From positions 29,140,001 to 29,204,000 of the forward strand of contig NC_043005.1 in NCBI RefSeq assembly GCF_006345805.1: a stretch of 64,000 nucleotides of DNA, in the 5' to 3' direction. This DNA comes from Octopus sinensis (lineage: Eukaryota). Each line of letters starts with the position of its first letter. Position 1 is the stretch's first letter. Position numbers and translations under genes: made by a program. The notes under the pieces are model-generated. The model saw only the letters and a program-made list of their open reading frames with translations, made no database searches and was not told where the DNA came from. Below are positions 53,081-64,000 of this stretch, one piece after another.

Positions 53081-53779
53081 ATGTACACACATATGTACAT
53101 ATATATTCATACACGTGTGTATATATTTGCTTATGCTTGTATGTGTAAGCATAAAAGTAAGTACATGCATATGAGTGTGTGTTTGTGTGTGTGTAGATAG
53201 GTGTGTATGTATGTGTTTATGTGCATGTAAGTTTGCTTGTATACGTATATAAAGAAGTGTGTGTACGAATGTCTATGTGTTTCTGTGTGTGTGTTTGTGT
53301 GTGTGTTGTACGAGAGGTTAGAGATCCGATAACCAGACGCCTGCTAAAGATAATCATGTAATCCGGTACAACCTGTGAATTGTGAGGTTGCCAGCGAGTA
53401 ACCTGCCCCGCCACCTCCATCTGAGGCTTGGCTGGTGGAAGAAGAAAGTGATGTTTGGACACCTCACGATGGAAAACTAAATCTGTCAAAGGGCAAACGA
53501 ATTGCAAAAGTCAATGGCCATTCAACACTCTCTTTCTCTACACACACTCACACACACACATGTTATAACAGGGACTGGTAGAGAAAGCACGGGTAATTGT
53601 GTGTGTGTGTATTTGTGTATTTGTGTGTGTGTGTGTGTGTATTTGTGTGTGTGTGTGCATTTGTGTGTGTGTATTTGTGTGTGTGTATGTGTGTGTGTAT
53701 GTGTGTCTATTTGTGTGTATGTGTATGTGTGTGTGTATTTGTGTATGTGTATGTGTGTGCGTGTGTGTGTGCAAATGGA

Positions 53780-54168
53780 TGTATGGTAAGTAGTTTGCTT
53801 CCCAACCACATGGTTCCAGGTTCAGTCCCACTGTGTGGCACCTTGGTCAAGTGTCTTCTACTATAGCTTTAGGTCAACCAAAGCCTTGTGAACAGCTATG
53901 GTAGAGGGAAACTGAAAGAAGCCCGTCGTATATGTATATGTATATATACATATATCTATGTTTATATGTGTGTGGGTGTTAGTTCCTTGCAACTGTTTGA
54001 CAACCAGTGTTGGTGTGTTTATGTCCCCGTAACTTAGCAGTTCAGTAAAAGAGATCAAGAGAATAAGTAAAAAAAGTTCTGGGGTCAAGTCATTTGATTA
54101 ATTATTCTTCTGGGCTGTGCCTCAGCATGGCCACAATCTAGTGACTGAAACCAGTAAAAGGTAAAGGA
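53780..54168 (+). mobile_element. SINE family B
   Basis: tRNA-like head tggtaagtagtttgcttcccaaccacatggttccaggttcagtccc, CORE-like accttggtcaagtgtc, tail gactgaaaccagtaaaag. Confidence 0.85.
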
Positions 54169-54177
54169 TTAACAATA

Positions 54178-54745
54178 CATCATCATCATCATCATTTAAC
54201 GTCCGTTGTCCATACTGGCATGGGTTGGACAGTTTGGCCAGGACTGGCAAGCTGGAAGGCTGCACCAGACTCCAGTCTGATTTGGCATGGTTTTCTACTT
54301 CTGGATGCCCTTCCTAATGCCAACCACTCCGAGAGTGTAATGGATATTTTTACATGCTACCGGCACAGGTGCCATTTGCATGACACTGGGTTTCTTTTAT
54401 GTGCCACTGACATGGGTGCCATTTGCATGACACCAGTACCTGCCATGACTGCGATTTTGCTAGGCTTGATGGCTCTTCTTCTCAAGCACGACATAATACC
54501 AAAGGTCTTGGTCATTGCCTTCATGAGGCCCAACACTCGAAAGGAACTCCGCCACTTTGCTTCTGTGAGGCCCAATGTTCAAAAGGTGTTATTTATGTGC
54601 CACCAGCATGGGTACACTTGGCTTAATGGGTCCAGTCAAAGGTCTTAATCACCAGTCATTGCCTTTGGGAAGCTCATAGTTTGAAGATCATGCTTCACCC
54701 ATGTCTTCCTGTGTCTACCTCTACCACAGGTTCCCTCCTCAGTTT
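54178..54745 (-). mobile_element. RTE family 1 3' end
   Basis: (cat)n tail at 54178 and UTR homology to 13175-13517. Confidence 0.8.
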
Positions 54746-54810
54746 GGTGCTTCTTTACACAGATGTTCTCGTCCATATATATTGGTGCTTCTTTACACAG
54801 ATGTTCTCGT

Positions 54811-54852
<42 letters not shown>

Positions 54853-54889
54853 TATATATTATATATATATATATATATATGATATAATT

Positions 54890-56233
54890 CCCTGAACTGG
54901 AAGAACGGTTGTAGCAGGGAATTGTATCAGACTGCCAGAAGGGAAGCTAGGAGGAAGGTTTATTTAGCCAGAGGGGAAGCTGATAAGAAAAATTTGCCAA
55001 TGTTCTGCGCCGTGAGGACTAAAGACTTGAGGTATTTCGTGTTACAAGACAGAGTGTGAGAGAGAATCATGATGTTGTAGGAGAGAAATGTGTTCGCATG
55101 GATGATGGCTCACTTGCACTAGACTGCAAAGAGAGAGGTTTGGAGACGCCACTATGAAAGGTTGCTGAATAAAGAAAATGAATGGGAGAAAGAGAGTCTG
55201 CCGAATGTCGACCAAACAGAGGGACCTGCTATCTGAGTTGACAGTACCTTGGTAGATAAAGCAATTAAGAGTATGAAGACAGGGAATCACTGCAGAGATT
55301 CTCAAAATATCGACTATAGCCTAGTCACCCGTATAGTTAACTAGGTGATACACGAAGGAGTCATACCCAATGATTGGTTGTAGCAACAATATAGTCAACT
55401 GCTACAAAGGAAAAGGTGACGCTTTAGGTATAAAGAATTACAGAGGTATCAAGTTGTTAGATCAGGTAATGAAGGTCACGGAGAGTGTCATAGCCCAACT
55501 AATTAGGAAGAGAGTCAGTTTAGATGAGATGCAGTTTGGGTTCGTGCCAGGGAAAAGCACCACTGATGCTATATTTCTGGTGAGACAGCTGCAGGAGAAA
55601 TACCTGGCCAAAGATAAACATCTGTACCTGACTTTCGTTGACATGGAGAAAACCTTTGACAGGGTCCCCCGATCCCTTATCTGGTGGTTAACGAGGAAAC
55701 TAGGGATAGATGAATGGTTAGTGAGAGCTGTGCAAGCCATGTACAGGAACGCTGTCAGTAAGGTGAGGGTTGGCAACGAGTACAGTGAAGAATTCCGGGT
55801 GGAGGTAGGGGTTCACCAAGGTTCAGTCCTTAGCCCCCTCCTATTTATCATAGTCCTCCAGGCAATAACATATATACATATATATATAGATAGATATATA
55901 GATAGATATTGGCTCCCGTGCCGGTGGCACGTGAAAAACAAGATTCGAGCATGATCGTTGCCAGTGCCGCCGGACTGGCTCCCGTGCAACTAGCACGTAA
56001 AAAAACACCTTTTGAGCGTGGTCGTTGCCATAACCGCCTGATTGGCCCTCGTGACGGTGGACGTAAAAGCACCCACTGCCATCTCGGAGTCGGTTGGCGT
56101 TAGGAAGGGCATCCAGCTGTAGAAACTTTGCCAGATCAGATTGAGCCTGGTGCAGACTCTGGTTCGTCAGCCCTTAGTCAAATCATCCAACCTATGCCAG
56201 CATGGAAAGCGGACGTTAAACGATGATGATGAT
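54890..56233 (+). mobile_element. RTE family 1 copy, RT broken at ~55870 and followed by a 3' UTR segment
   Basis: NYRGIKLL..QFGFVPGKSTTDAIF..GVHQGSVLSPLLF, then a (TA/TAGA) spacer, UTR repeats and (gat)n. Confidence 0.9.
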
Positions 56234-56273
56234 GTATATATATATATATATAATTAAAATGAGTAGTGATGCA

Positions 56274-56356
56274 GTACGACCGTTTCAAGTGGCTCCATTT
56301 AATTGAACAATGCAATCATTACATCAATTTAAATGCAATGCCATCATCAGCTGTAC
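56274..56356 (-). ncRNA. Hammerhead-like motif flanked by (TA)n
   Basis: Minus strand gtac-ag-CTGATGA-tggc[...]gcca-ctt-GAAA-cgg-TC-gtac. Confidence 0.5.
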
Positions 56357-56403
56357 AATTATATATATATATATATATGTGTGTGTATGTGTGTGTGTGT
56401 GTA

Positions 56404-56436
<33 letters not shown>

Positions 56437-56999
56437 ATGTATGTATGTATGTATGTATGTGTGTGTGTATATAAATATGTGTGTGCGTGTGTGTGTATAT
56501 AGGCTTGGCTTTGGAAGTGAAGATTTTTGGAGTGAAGTGGGGGAGATGTCCAATGTCCACATCTGTTGGAAGCTTGGTAATGCCTGACAAGCTTGGTTCA
56601 GAACAAACAGACATGATTGCTGCATGGGAAGGTAGGCTGATGCTGGTTGGTTGCATCGTACGTCTTTTACATCCGTTTTCTCTTGCCTGTAAGGATGGTC
56701 CTGCAGGTGTGTTCAAAGGAGACTCTTACGCTGTGGACAGTGAGAAGCTAGGATTCGCAAATCAACAGCAAGAACACACATTTATATACACACATATGTA
56801 TATATGCACACACACACATACAGATATACATACATACATATATACATTTGTACGTACGTACATACATATATACATTTGTACGTACGTACATACATATATA
56901 CATTTGTACGTACGTACATACATATATACGTGCGTATGTATATACATACATAATACCTATAACATAGAAAAATATGGTGGTCAGAACTATTCTCTTGCA

Positions 57000-57750
57000 A
57001 CAAGACAATATCCCACAATGCATTTGCAGCATCAGTGCTGATTCCAATATTTGAGGTAGTTGGTCTGTGGAAGAAATCCACTCCATAGACGTTAAAACCC
57101 GCAAGATACTGACATCAACTGGAAATCTCTATAGAAATAGTGATCTCGATAGTCTCTGCCTAAGAAGAGATAAAGGAAATGGAGACTTGAGATCAGTGCA
57201 AACAGCTTTTTAATGTCGTCTCTCTCAGACAGCACTTGCTAAAGAACAGCAGCAAAAATAAATACATTAACTTAGCGCTGGAAAGTGAAGAAAACAGTAT
57301 CCTATGTGTTGGTTGTAGTGGGCTCCTCAAGAAGCATTCATTTGCTGGTGACCTCCCATACAACCCCAAATCAACCAGACTAACATACCGCAAAGAAGAC
57401 CTGGACGCGAACCAGTCAGTATACCAAACAAGAAGACCATGAATGAGTATGTTTCTCGAAGACAGTAATATTTGACATGAAGCGAAGACTCTCTTGAACT
57501 TGTGACCGCTACATCACATTACACTTCGAAGTGTAATCCAAGAACATGAGATTGCTACTAAATACCTAATCAACAAAAGAGACAAGATGCGACTAAAAAT
57601 ATAGATTATGTCATATTTCTGTGGAAGATATCACACATGTTATTAGCAGCTGCTCAAAAATGTCGTCCGACACGACGTTGTCGCAAAACCGATATAGAAT
57701 GCCATCTGGAAAAAGACTGTCCTAGATATCGTCATTTGGGACGGACAGGA
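57000..57750 (+). mobile_element. Decayed R4/Dong-like LINE fragment
   Basis: VIQEHEIATKYLINKR, CHISVEDITHVISSC (CCHC part), RHDVVAK, DIVIWD at 57530-57745. Left boundary uncertain. Confidence 0.7.
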
Positions 57751-57752
57751 AA

Positions 57753-59022
57753 AAGGGGCTAAACACAGAGGAGACAAACAAGGACAGCAGACGGATTAAG
57801 TCGATTATATCGACCCCAGTGCGTAACTGGTACTTAATTTATCGACTCTGAAAGGATGAAAGGCAAAGTCGACCTCGGCGGAATTTGAACTCAGAACGTA
57901 GCGACAGACGAAATACCGGTAAGCCTTTCGCTCGGCGTGCTAACGTTTCTGCCAGCACGTCGCCTTCAATGAATGGTTATTGGTGACAATAATAATTCTT
58001 CCTAATTTTGGTTGAAGGCTGGAAATTATTGAGGGTAGGGCAGAAGCTGATATATCGATCCCTAGTGTTTGATTGCTACTTTATCTTATCGAACCTAAGA
58101 AGTTGAAAGGCAAAGCTGATCTTGGTGGAATTTGAAGACAGAATTGACCAAGTGGAATAAATACTGCAAAGCGCTTTTTTTTTGACGAAGGCAGTAAACT
58201 GGCGGAATTGTATTTAGCCAGCTTACTGCTCTCATAATAATCATTTCTATTAGAAGCACAAGGCCTGAAGTTTTGGGAGAGGAGGTTTGTCAAATGTGCG
58301 TAACCGGTACTTATTTCATTGACCTGAAAAGATGAAATGTGATGTTAATCTCAGTGGAATTTGAACTCAGAACATAATGACAAGCAAAATACCACTAAGC
58401 ACATTGGTATGCTAATGATTCTGCTGATTCACCATTTTACTGGATATAATAATAATCTTTTCTACTCTCGGTACAAAGCCCGAAAGTTTTGGAGAGGTAG
58501 GCAGTCGATTAGATCGACCACAGTACGCAACTGGTACTTAATTTATCGATCCCGAAAGGCTGAAAAGCAAAGTCGAACTCAGAACGTAAAGACAGACGAA
58601 ATACCGATTTCTTTATTACCCACAAGGGGCTAAACACAGAGGGGACAAACAAGGACAGACAGACGGATTAAGTCGATTATATCGACCCCAGTGCGTAACT
58701 GGTACTTATTTAATCGACACCGAAAGGATAAAGGGCAAAGTCGACCTCGGCGGAATTTGAACTCAGAACGTAACGGCAGACGAAATACCTATTTCTTTAT
58801 TACCCCAAGGGTCTAAACACAGAGGGGACAAACAGGACAGACATAGTATTAAGTCGATTACAGCGACCCCAGTGGGTCTGACTGGTACTTATTTATCGAC
58901 CCCGAAAGGATGAAAGGCAAAGTCGACCTCGGCGGAATTTGAACTCAGAACATAAAGACAGACGAAATACCGCTAAGCATTTCTCCCGGCGTGCTAACAT
59001 TTCTGCCAGCTCCTCCCGCCTT
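57753..59022 (-). mobile_element. Cluster of about six SINE A bodies, including a trimer at 58445-59022
   Basis: Repeated gaaaggatgaaaggcaaagtcgacctcggcggaatttgaactcagaacgta. Junctions gacgaaatacc-(g/t)atttctttattaccc at ~58605 and ~58790. Confidence 0.9.
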
Positions 59023-59408
59023 CTGGATATAATGAAAATGGTATCAATTGGATCCCAATGATAGACAAGATCCTGAGATAATTCCAAGACCAACTTTTGA
59101 TCGAATTATCAGTGTTGTTAATCTTATATGTTATGTGGCTAGTTTCTACATTATTAACGATCCTTTTTTTCTTAGACAAATGTGAGATTTATGGCACTGA
59201 AAATCATAATGCTTTTTTAATGATGGTAAGGTAGATTTCTGAAGAATATTTGGTTGTATTTTCTTACTACCACTGATCTCTCAACATGTCCAAACAGGCA
59301 ACTGACTTCAGATACAACACTATAACATTACCACAAGCACCATCATAGGGGAGATTTCAACTCGCCCAACACTTCTTGGTTTTCAAATATTACAGATAAT
59401 AAAAAAAA

Positions 59409-59495
59409 AGTAAGGCAGTAAACATCAAAACTACCAAGCCTTCCTGAGGAAGGCCTGGTAGGGTGTGGGTGAGTTTTGATGTTTACTGCCTTACT
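59409..59495. other. Hairpin with perfect 24-bp arms and an inner stem
   Basis: agtaaggcagtaaacatcaaaact pairs with agttttgatgtttactgccttact. Inner stem taccaagccttcc-tga-ggaaggcctggta. Confidence 0.85.
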
Positions 59496-59575
59496 ATGTG
59501 TGTGTGTAGATATCATCTTCTGTCCTACCCACATTTAACGATCACAGCATCTTTGCAAACGATTCCTCAGCTTAC

Positions 59576-59662
59576 CTGGGACCACACAGAAATCACCCTT
59601 ACAACACCTTTACTCATCGATGTCCCACGTCTGTCCTGGTTTTGGAATAAGTACAGCACAGT
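59576..59662 (-). other. Candidate 87-bp exon of an unidentified transcript
   Basis: Acceptor ctcttacgactttcAG and donor CAG|GTAAG. Phase-0 frame open (TVLYLFQNQDRRGTSMSKGVVRVISVWSQ). No recognised homology. Confidence 0.3.
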
Positions 59663-60364
59663 CTGAAAGTCGTAAGAGGTTACTAAAGAGATTAGCAAGA
59701 GAAAGGGCGTCCGATTGTAAAACACAGTTCCACAGAAGCAGTCTAACTCATGCCGGCATAAAAAAGGGGACATAAAATGATGACGACGACGACAGCGATG
59801 ATAATGATGATGGTGGTGATGGAAATGATGACGATGATGATGATCATGATGACGACGATGACGATGATAATGACGACGAGGATGATGGTAGTAACGATGA
59901 TGAGAACGACAATACGCTGCTGCTGCTGCCATTGCTGCCGCTGCTGCCGATGACCGGACATTGAAGAGAGCAAAACCACTTTTGCAAACTTCAAAAAAAG
60001 CACAATGGAACGAGTTCCAAAAAGAGAAAGAAACAAGGCTTTTAGGCTTCACCACCAAAACCACCACCACCACCACCACCACAAAAACCACCACCACTAC
60101 CGCCTTTGCCGCCTCTGCCGCCTCCGCCATTACCGCCACTGCCACCATTACCGCCGCCGCCGCCACAACCACCACCGCTACCGCCACCACCACCACCACC
60201 GCTACCACCACCACCGTCGCCGCCGCCAACGCCACCACCAGCACCGCCAACACCACATTACTGTGATCAACATAGGAATTGCAATACATACATTCTGCAG
60301 AATAATTATAGCCACTCACAAACATACACACATGCACACACACACACATATGCACACACACACA

Positions 60365-60395
<31 letters not shown>

Positions 60396-61229
60396 CACGT
60401 ACACATACACACGTACACATACACAAACATAAAAGCAACCTCGTAAAAAGGCGGCAACATAAAAAACCACAACCACAATTACTCGCTAGAAATAACGAAC
60501 CTCATAAAATTCCAGAAACACATCAACCACTCAAACAACAACAGAAACACAACAACAACAACAACAACAACAACACAGCTGAAACAAATCTGACCATCAA
60601 ACAATGAAACAAGGAAACAGCAACAAATAAATAAATAAATAAGTGAAATAGGAAAAAAAAACTGAAAACTGGGAAATATTTGTGTCACGAAATTAATTGT
60701 AAAATACTTTAGAATGATTAGCAACATCAAACAGAATGACCCCCAATGTCCACAAATATAAACCGAAAATAATATATATCCCCGTTCGCCCCCACACCAA
60801 CAGAATGCTACCATCAAAAGTAAAGCCGAATAAAATATACAGGAAGAAATACACACACACACACACATACACACACACACATGCAAAGAAAAAGTATTCT
60901 TTTGACCTCTTGCTTCCACCAGGTGCCCATGAAAAGCAATAGCGAGGTCTAAAATCTCAAAATTTCCAGCCCCAGACCTTTTAGCTACAACAATCTTCAA
61001 ATCACATACGACTGACTTAAAAACGAATTGTCATGCTGGAAATGTAGTTCTAAATACACTGTATTAGAAATTAAAAGGAAAGAAAAGAAAAACAACGACC
61101 ACAGCTGTGACGATTCTGATCAAAGGCCTGATGAACCGGTGTAGCCCGATGGACGAGGGCTAAACAAATCCTGTTATTCACAGAAATGGTTGAAGAAACT
61201 GGAGAAGATATCATTGGCATGAACATAAT

Positions 61230-61670
61230 ATTCAAACACAGATATTTTCACCGAAGGAATCGAGCAGAGATATTGCATCATCTCTTGCCAAAAGCTTGGT
61301 GATACTCAAGCCCAAAACTTCTAAAAGATTCAACAAGCCTTTAGCGATGACGTCATGGACAAATCTCAGATTAAGGTACAACCGCTTCAAACATGGTCGC
61401 ACCTCAGTGGAGAGCGAGGCACGCTCAGCTAGGCCAACCACAAGCCGACATGAGGAGCCGACGTTCGGCGAACAGTCATGTAAGACCGTCGGGTAACAAC
61501 CCAGGAAATTGCTCACGAAGTGACAATAAGCACATGATTAGTGCATTCTATCGTAACAGAGGATTTGTGCACGTGGAGAGTGTCGGCAAAATTTGCCCTT
61601 ACGATTCTGGCCACGGGGCATTAGTTTTGGCGAGAAAAATAGTCAGATACTTTTTGAACGCACCTCTGAA
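61230..61670 (+). mobile_element. Internally deleted mariner remnant
   Basis: YNRFKHGRTSVESEARSARPTTS (WxxRF..G..S.ED..RSGRP-like), SAKF, and TIR-like gtcagatactttttgaacgcacctc. Confidence 0.8.
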
Positions 61671-61722
61671 CTTTTGAACCACCATTATACATACTACATA
61701 CATACATACATACATACATACA

Positions 61723-61756
<34 letters not shown>

Positions 61757-62233
61757 ATATATATATATATATAATATATATATATAATATATAATATATA
61801 TATATATAGATATATATATATATATATATATATAATACAAAATGGGACGAGAACGCAAAACATTCATACAATTAGGTTAGGTGATACAAAAGAGTGACAA
61901 CAAAACATCCAGACAGACGATACAAAGAAAACAAGGACGGGTCATTCGGAGTTTTCTGTCCCCAGTCAAGTTCAAGATTATCTTTGCAATTTCGGCATTT
62001 ATATATGTATAAATACTCATATTGGAGTATGCCAACAGATCATAATGTAATCCTTGTATTGTCCTTTTTCATGCCCAGATGATTTTCCACCCAAGGTATT
62101 TTGAAATGCCAGCTAAAATATTTATACATGTTTTGTAGTTTGAATTGGATGCGAAATGAAACAATTGTAGGTGAAGATGTTAATTAATTAATAAATTAAT
62201 TTGTATCCATTAGATATCTCCGTTTTCAAAATT

Positions 62234-62277
<44 letters not shown>

Positions 62278-62664
62278 GAGGTTATTTTATTTTAATTCTC
62301 TCGTAGGAAGGCCTAGCATTCCAGACGTGTTCTGTCTTGCCTTCGAAACACGCTATGTCTGCTAGCGACAGCTGATGAAGGGGATTTTTCCTTGTGCAGC
62401 ATGTCCTGTACTTCGTTTTTCTGCTGTACATAATTGTTTTTCCCGTTTTCGTCTCGTCTTGTTCCACGTCTCTGTCCTTCTGTTGTAACAAAATGGCTTT
62501 TCCGTTTTCGTTTCTGTTGATTTTTACGTCTTCTTGTGGTGTCCTGTACGTATATATATATATAATATGCATGGTATATAACAGTAGATGTCGGTACGTA
62601 CATATATGTTTGTATGTATGCATATATTTTATTTATTACACTATATATATATATATAATATATA

Positions 62665-62695
<31 letters not shown>

Positions 62696-62792
62696 ACGGG
62701 AAGCTTTATGAAAATAAACAAAAGACGAAGGCAGGTGGAATACAAACAAACAATTGTATTAGTATGGCGCTCAGGAATATAAATAAATCAAG

Positions 62793-62829
62793 TCTTTTAC
62801 GTTTCGAGCTACGCTCTTCAACAGAAAGA
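62793..62829 (-). ncRNA. Minimal hammerhead motif with CUGUUGA core variant
   Basis: tcttt-CTGTTGA-a-gagc gta gctc-GAAA-CG-TA-aaaga, with perfect stems I and II. Confidence 0.6.
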
Positions 62830-62930
62830 TACACAGAAAAGAAACACAGAAAGAAACAAGGACAGAAAAAAAATGCGTGCAGAGGCTAGCGAATCAACGT
62901 ACACTTACACACAAGCACTCTATCTCTCCT

Positions 62931-62985
<55 letters not shown>

Positions 62986-63299
62986 GCCTCTCTCTCTCTC
63001 TCTCTCTGCCCCTCTTTCTTCTACCACTTCTCTCACTGTACCTCTGACTGTATCTATAGAGAGAAAGCGTTGACCGCCGCAAAAGTTTAAATATTCCCGC
63101 CACAGGTCTTTTAGAACGGTGAATTGTTATCGCCCATCACCACCGCACAATCATAACAAATATTATTAATCAGATATATTGTGTTAATTTATATATATAT
63201 GTGTGTATATAAATATATATATAATGTGTATACACATATATATATGTATGTGTGTGTGTGTGTGTGTGTGCGTGTGTGTGTGTGTATAATCAATCAATA

Positions 63300-63989
63300 T
63301 CTATAAAGCTGAAATGCGAAAAAGTTTTTTGATTTCTTGGTTATTTGTCTCATTTTGGGATGGGAACGGTTTAAGTGGCTGTAGATGGGTTCGGATTGGC
63401 GCCAAAATTTACACTGGGGGGGGGGGGGGATAAAATGGGGTGGGCAATGGTGTGAGGAGGGTTGCAACTCGTCGGGGCTACCGTTTGGTTGCCATGGTGA
63501 GGAATATGGGAAAAATTGAGTTTTATGGGATAGACAGATTGCGCTGTCTGAATAATGTTGCTGCAGGGGCTAGAGGCGGTTATCTTTAATCTAATCTATA
63601 AAATGAAGGCGGACGTTGATACAAATAGGATTTTTATGTAAAAAGGGGTCTAAATGGGGCTGGAAGGGGATTAAAATTTACAGGAGGGGGTAATTTGAGG
63701 TGAGAAATTGATTGTGAGACGTTTTGGGGGGCGCTACAGTGGTTGCTTTGCTGTGAAAAACGGGGATTTTATTGATTTTTGGGGAGACTTGGTGGTTTAG
63801 ATTGGACACCTTTTGCTCGATTTCAATCAAATTTTCAACTTGGTAAAGTGGAAGCGGATTTGTAATTTAAGTGCGGAAAATGGGTTCGAAATTTTGAAAA
63901 TTAAGGCAAGATTTAAGAAACAGAAAGGAAGCAACAGAAAGTAACAACCACACCCTCACCCGCGCGTAGAGCCGGTCACCTTAAGCTAG
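63300..63989 (+). mobile_element. Non-autonomous Helitron (possibly composite)
   Basis: A|TCTATAAAG 5' end, a second atctataaaa at ~63594, GC-rich imperfect hairpin cccgcgcgtagagccgg, then CTAG|T. Confidence 0.65.
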
Positions 63990-64000
63990 TATATATATAT

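Noticed and set aside
61127-61165. CTGATGA as a hammerhead core
   Set aside because: No correctly placed GAAA or stems; it is part of another dispersed repeat.

Overview
AT-rich, microsatellite-saturated eukaryotic DNA. The repeat inventory (tRNA-derived SINEs, RTE LINEs with (GAT)n tails, Helitrons, mariners) most resembles a coleoid cephalopod such as Octopus; this is inference, no search was run. I cannot confidently identify any host protein-coding gene, and almost all tracked ORFs are microsatellite translations or transposon fossils. Supported content: several RTE LINEs of two families, CR1 and R4/Dong-like LINE fossils, four mariner remnants, one full-length IR-DR Tc1 (DD34E), a Helitron Rep fossil split by a hAT-like MITE, two non-autonomous Helitrons, a Tigger-like MITE, three SINE families, and a ~990-bp tandem duplication. 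The longest ORF (369 codons) is an orphan Tx1/L1-type ORF1 with a CCHC knuckle. The most notable signal missing from the ORF track is about ten minimal hammerhead-ribozyme motifs on both strands, carried by short Penelope-like elements that mostly sit in or next to (TA)n tracts. They include a recurrent CUG-U-NGA core variant and a possible circularly permuted copy. Also notable are a double RFX X-box palindrome, a perfect 24-bp hairpin beside a candidate exon, and SINE multimers sharing one junction. Coordinates were read by eye and fossil boundaries are approximate.
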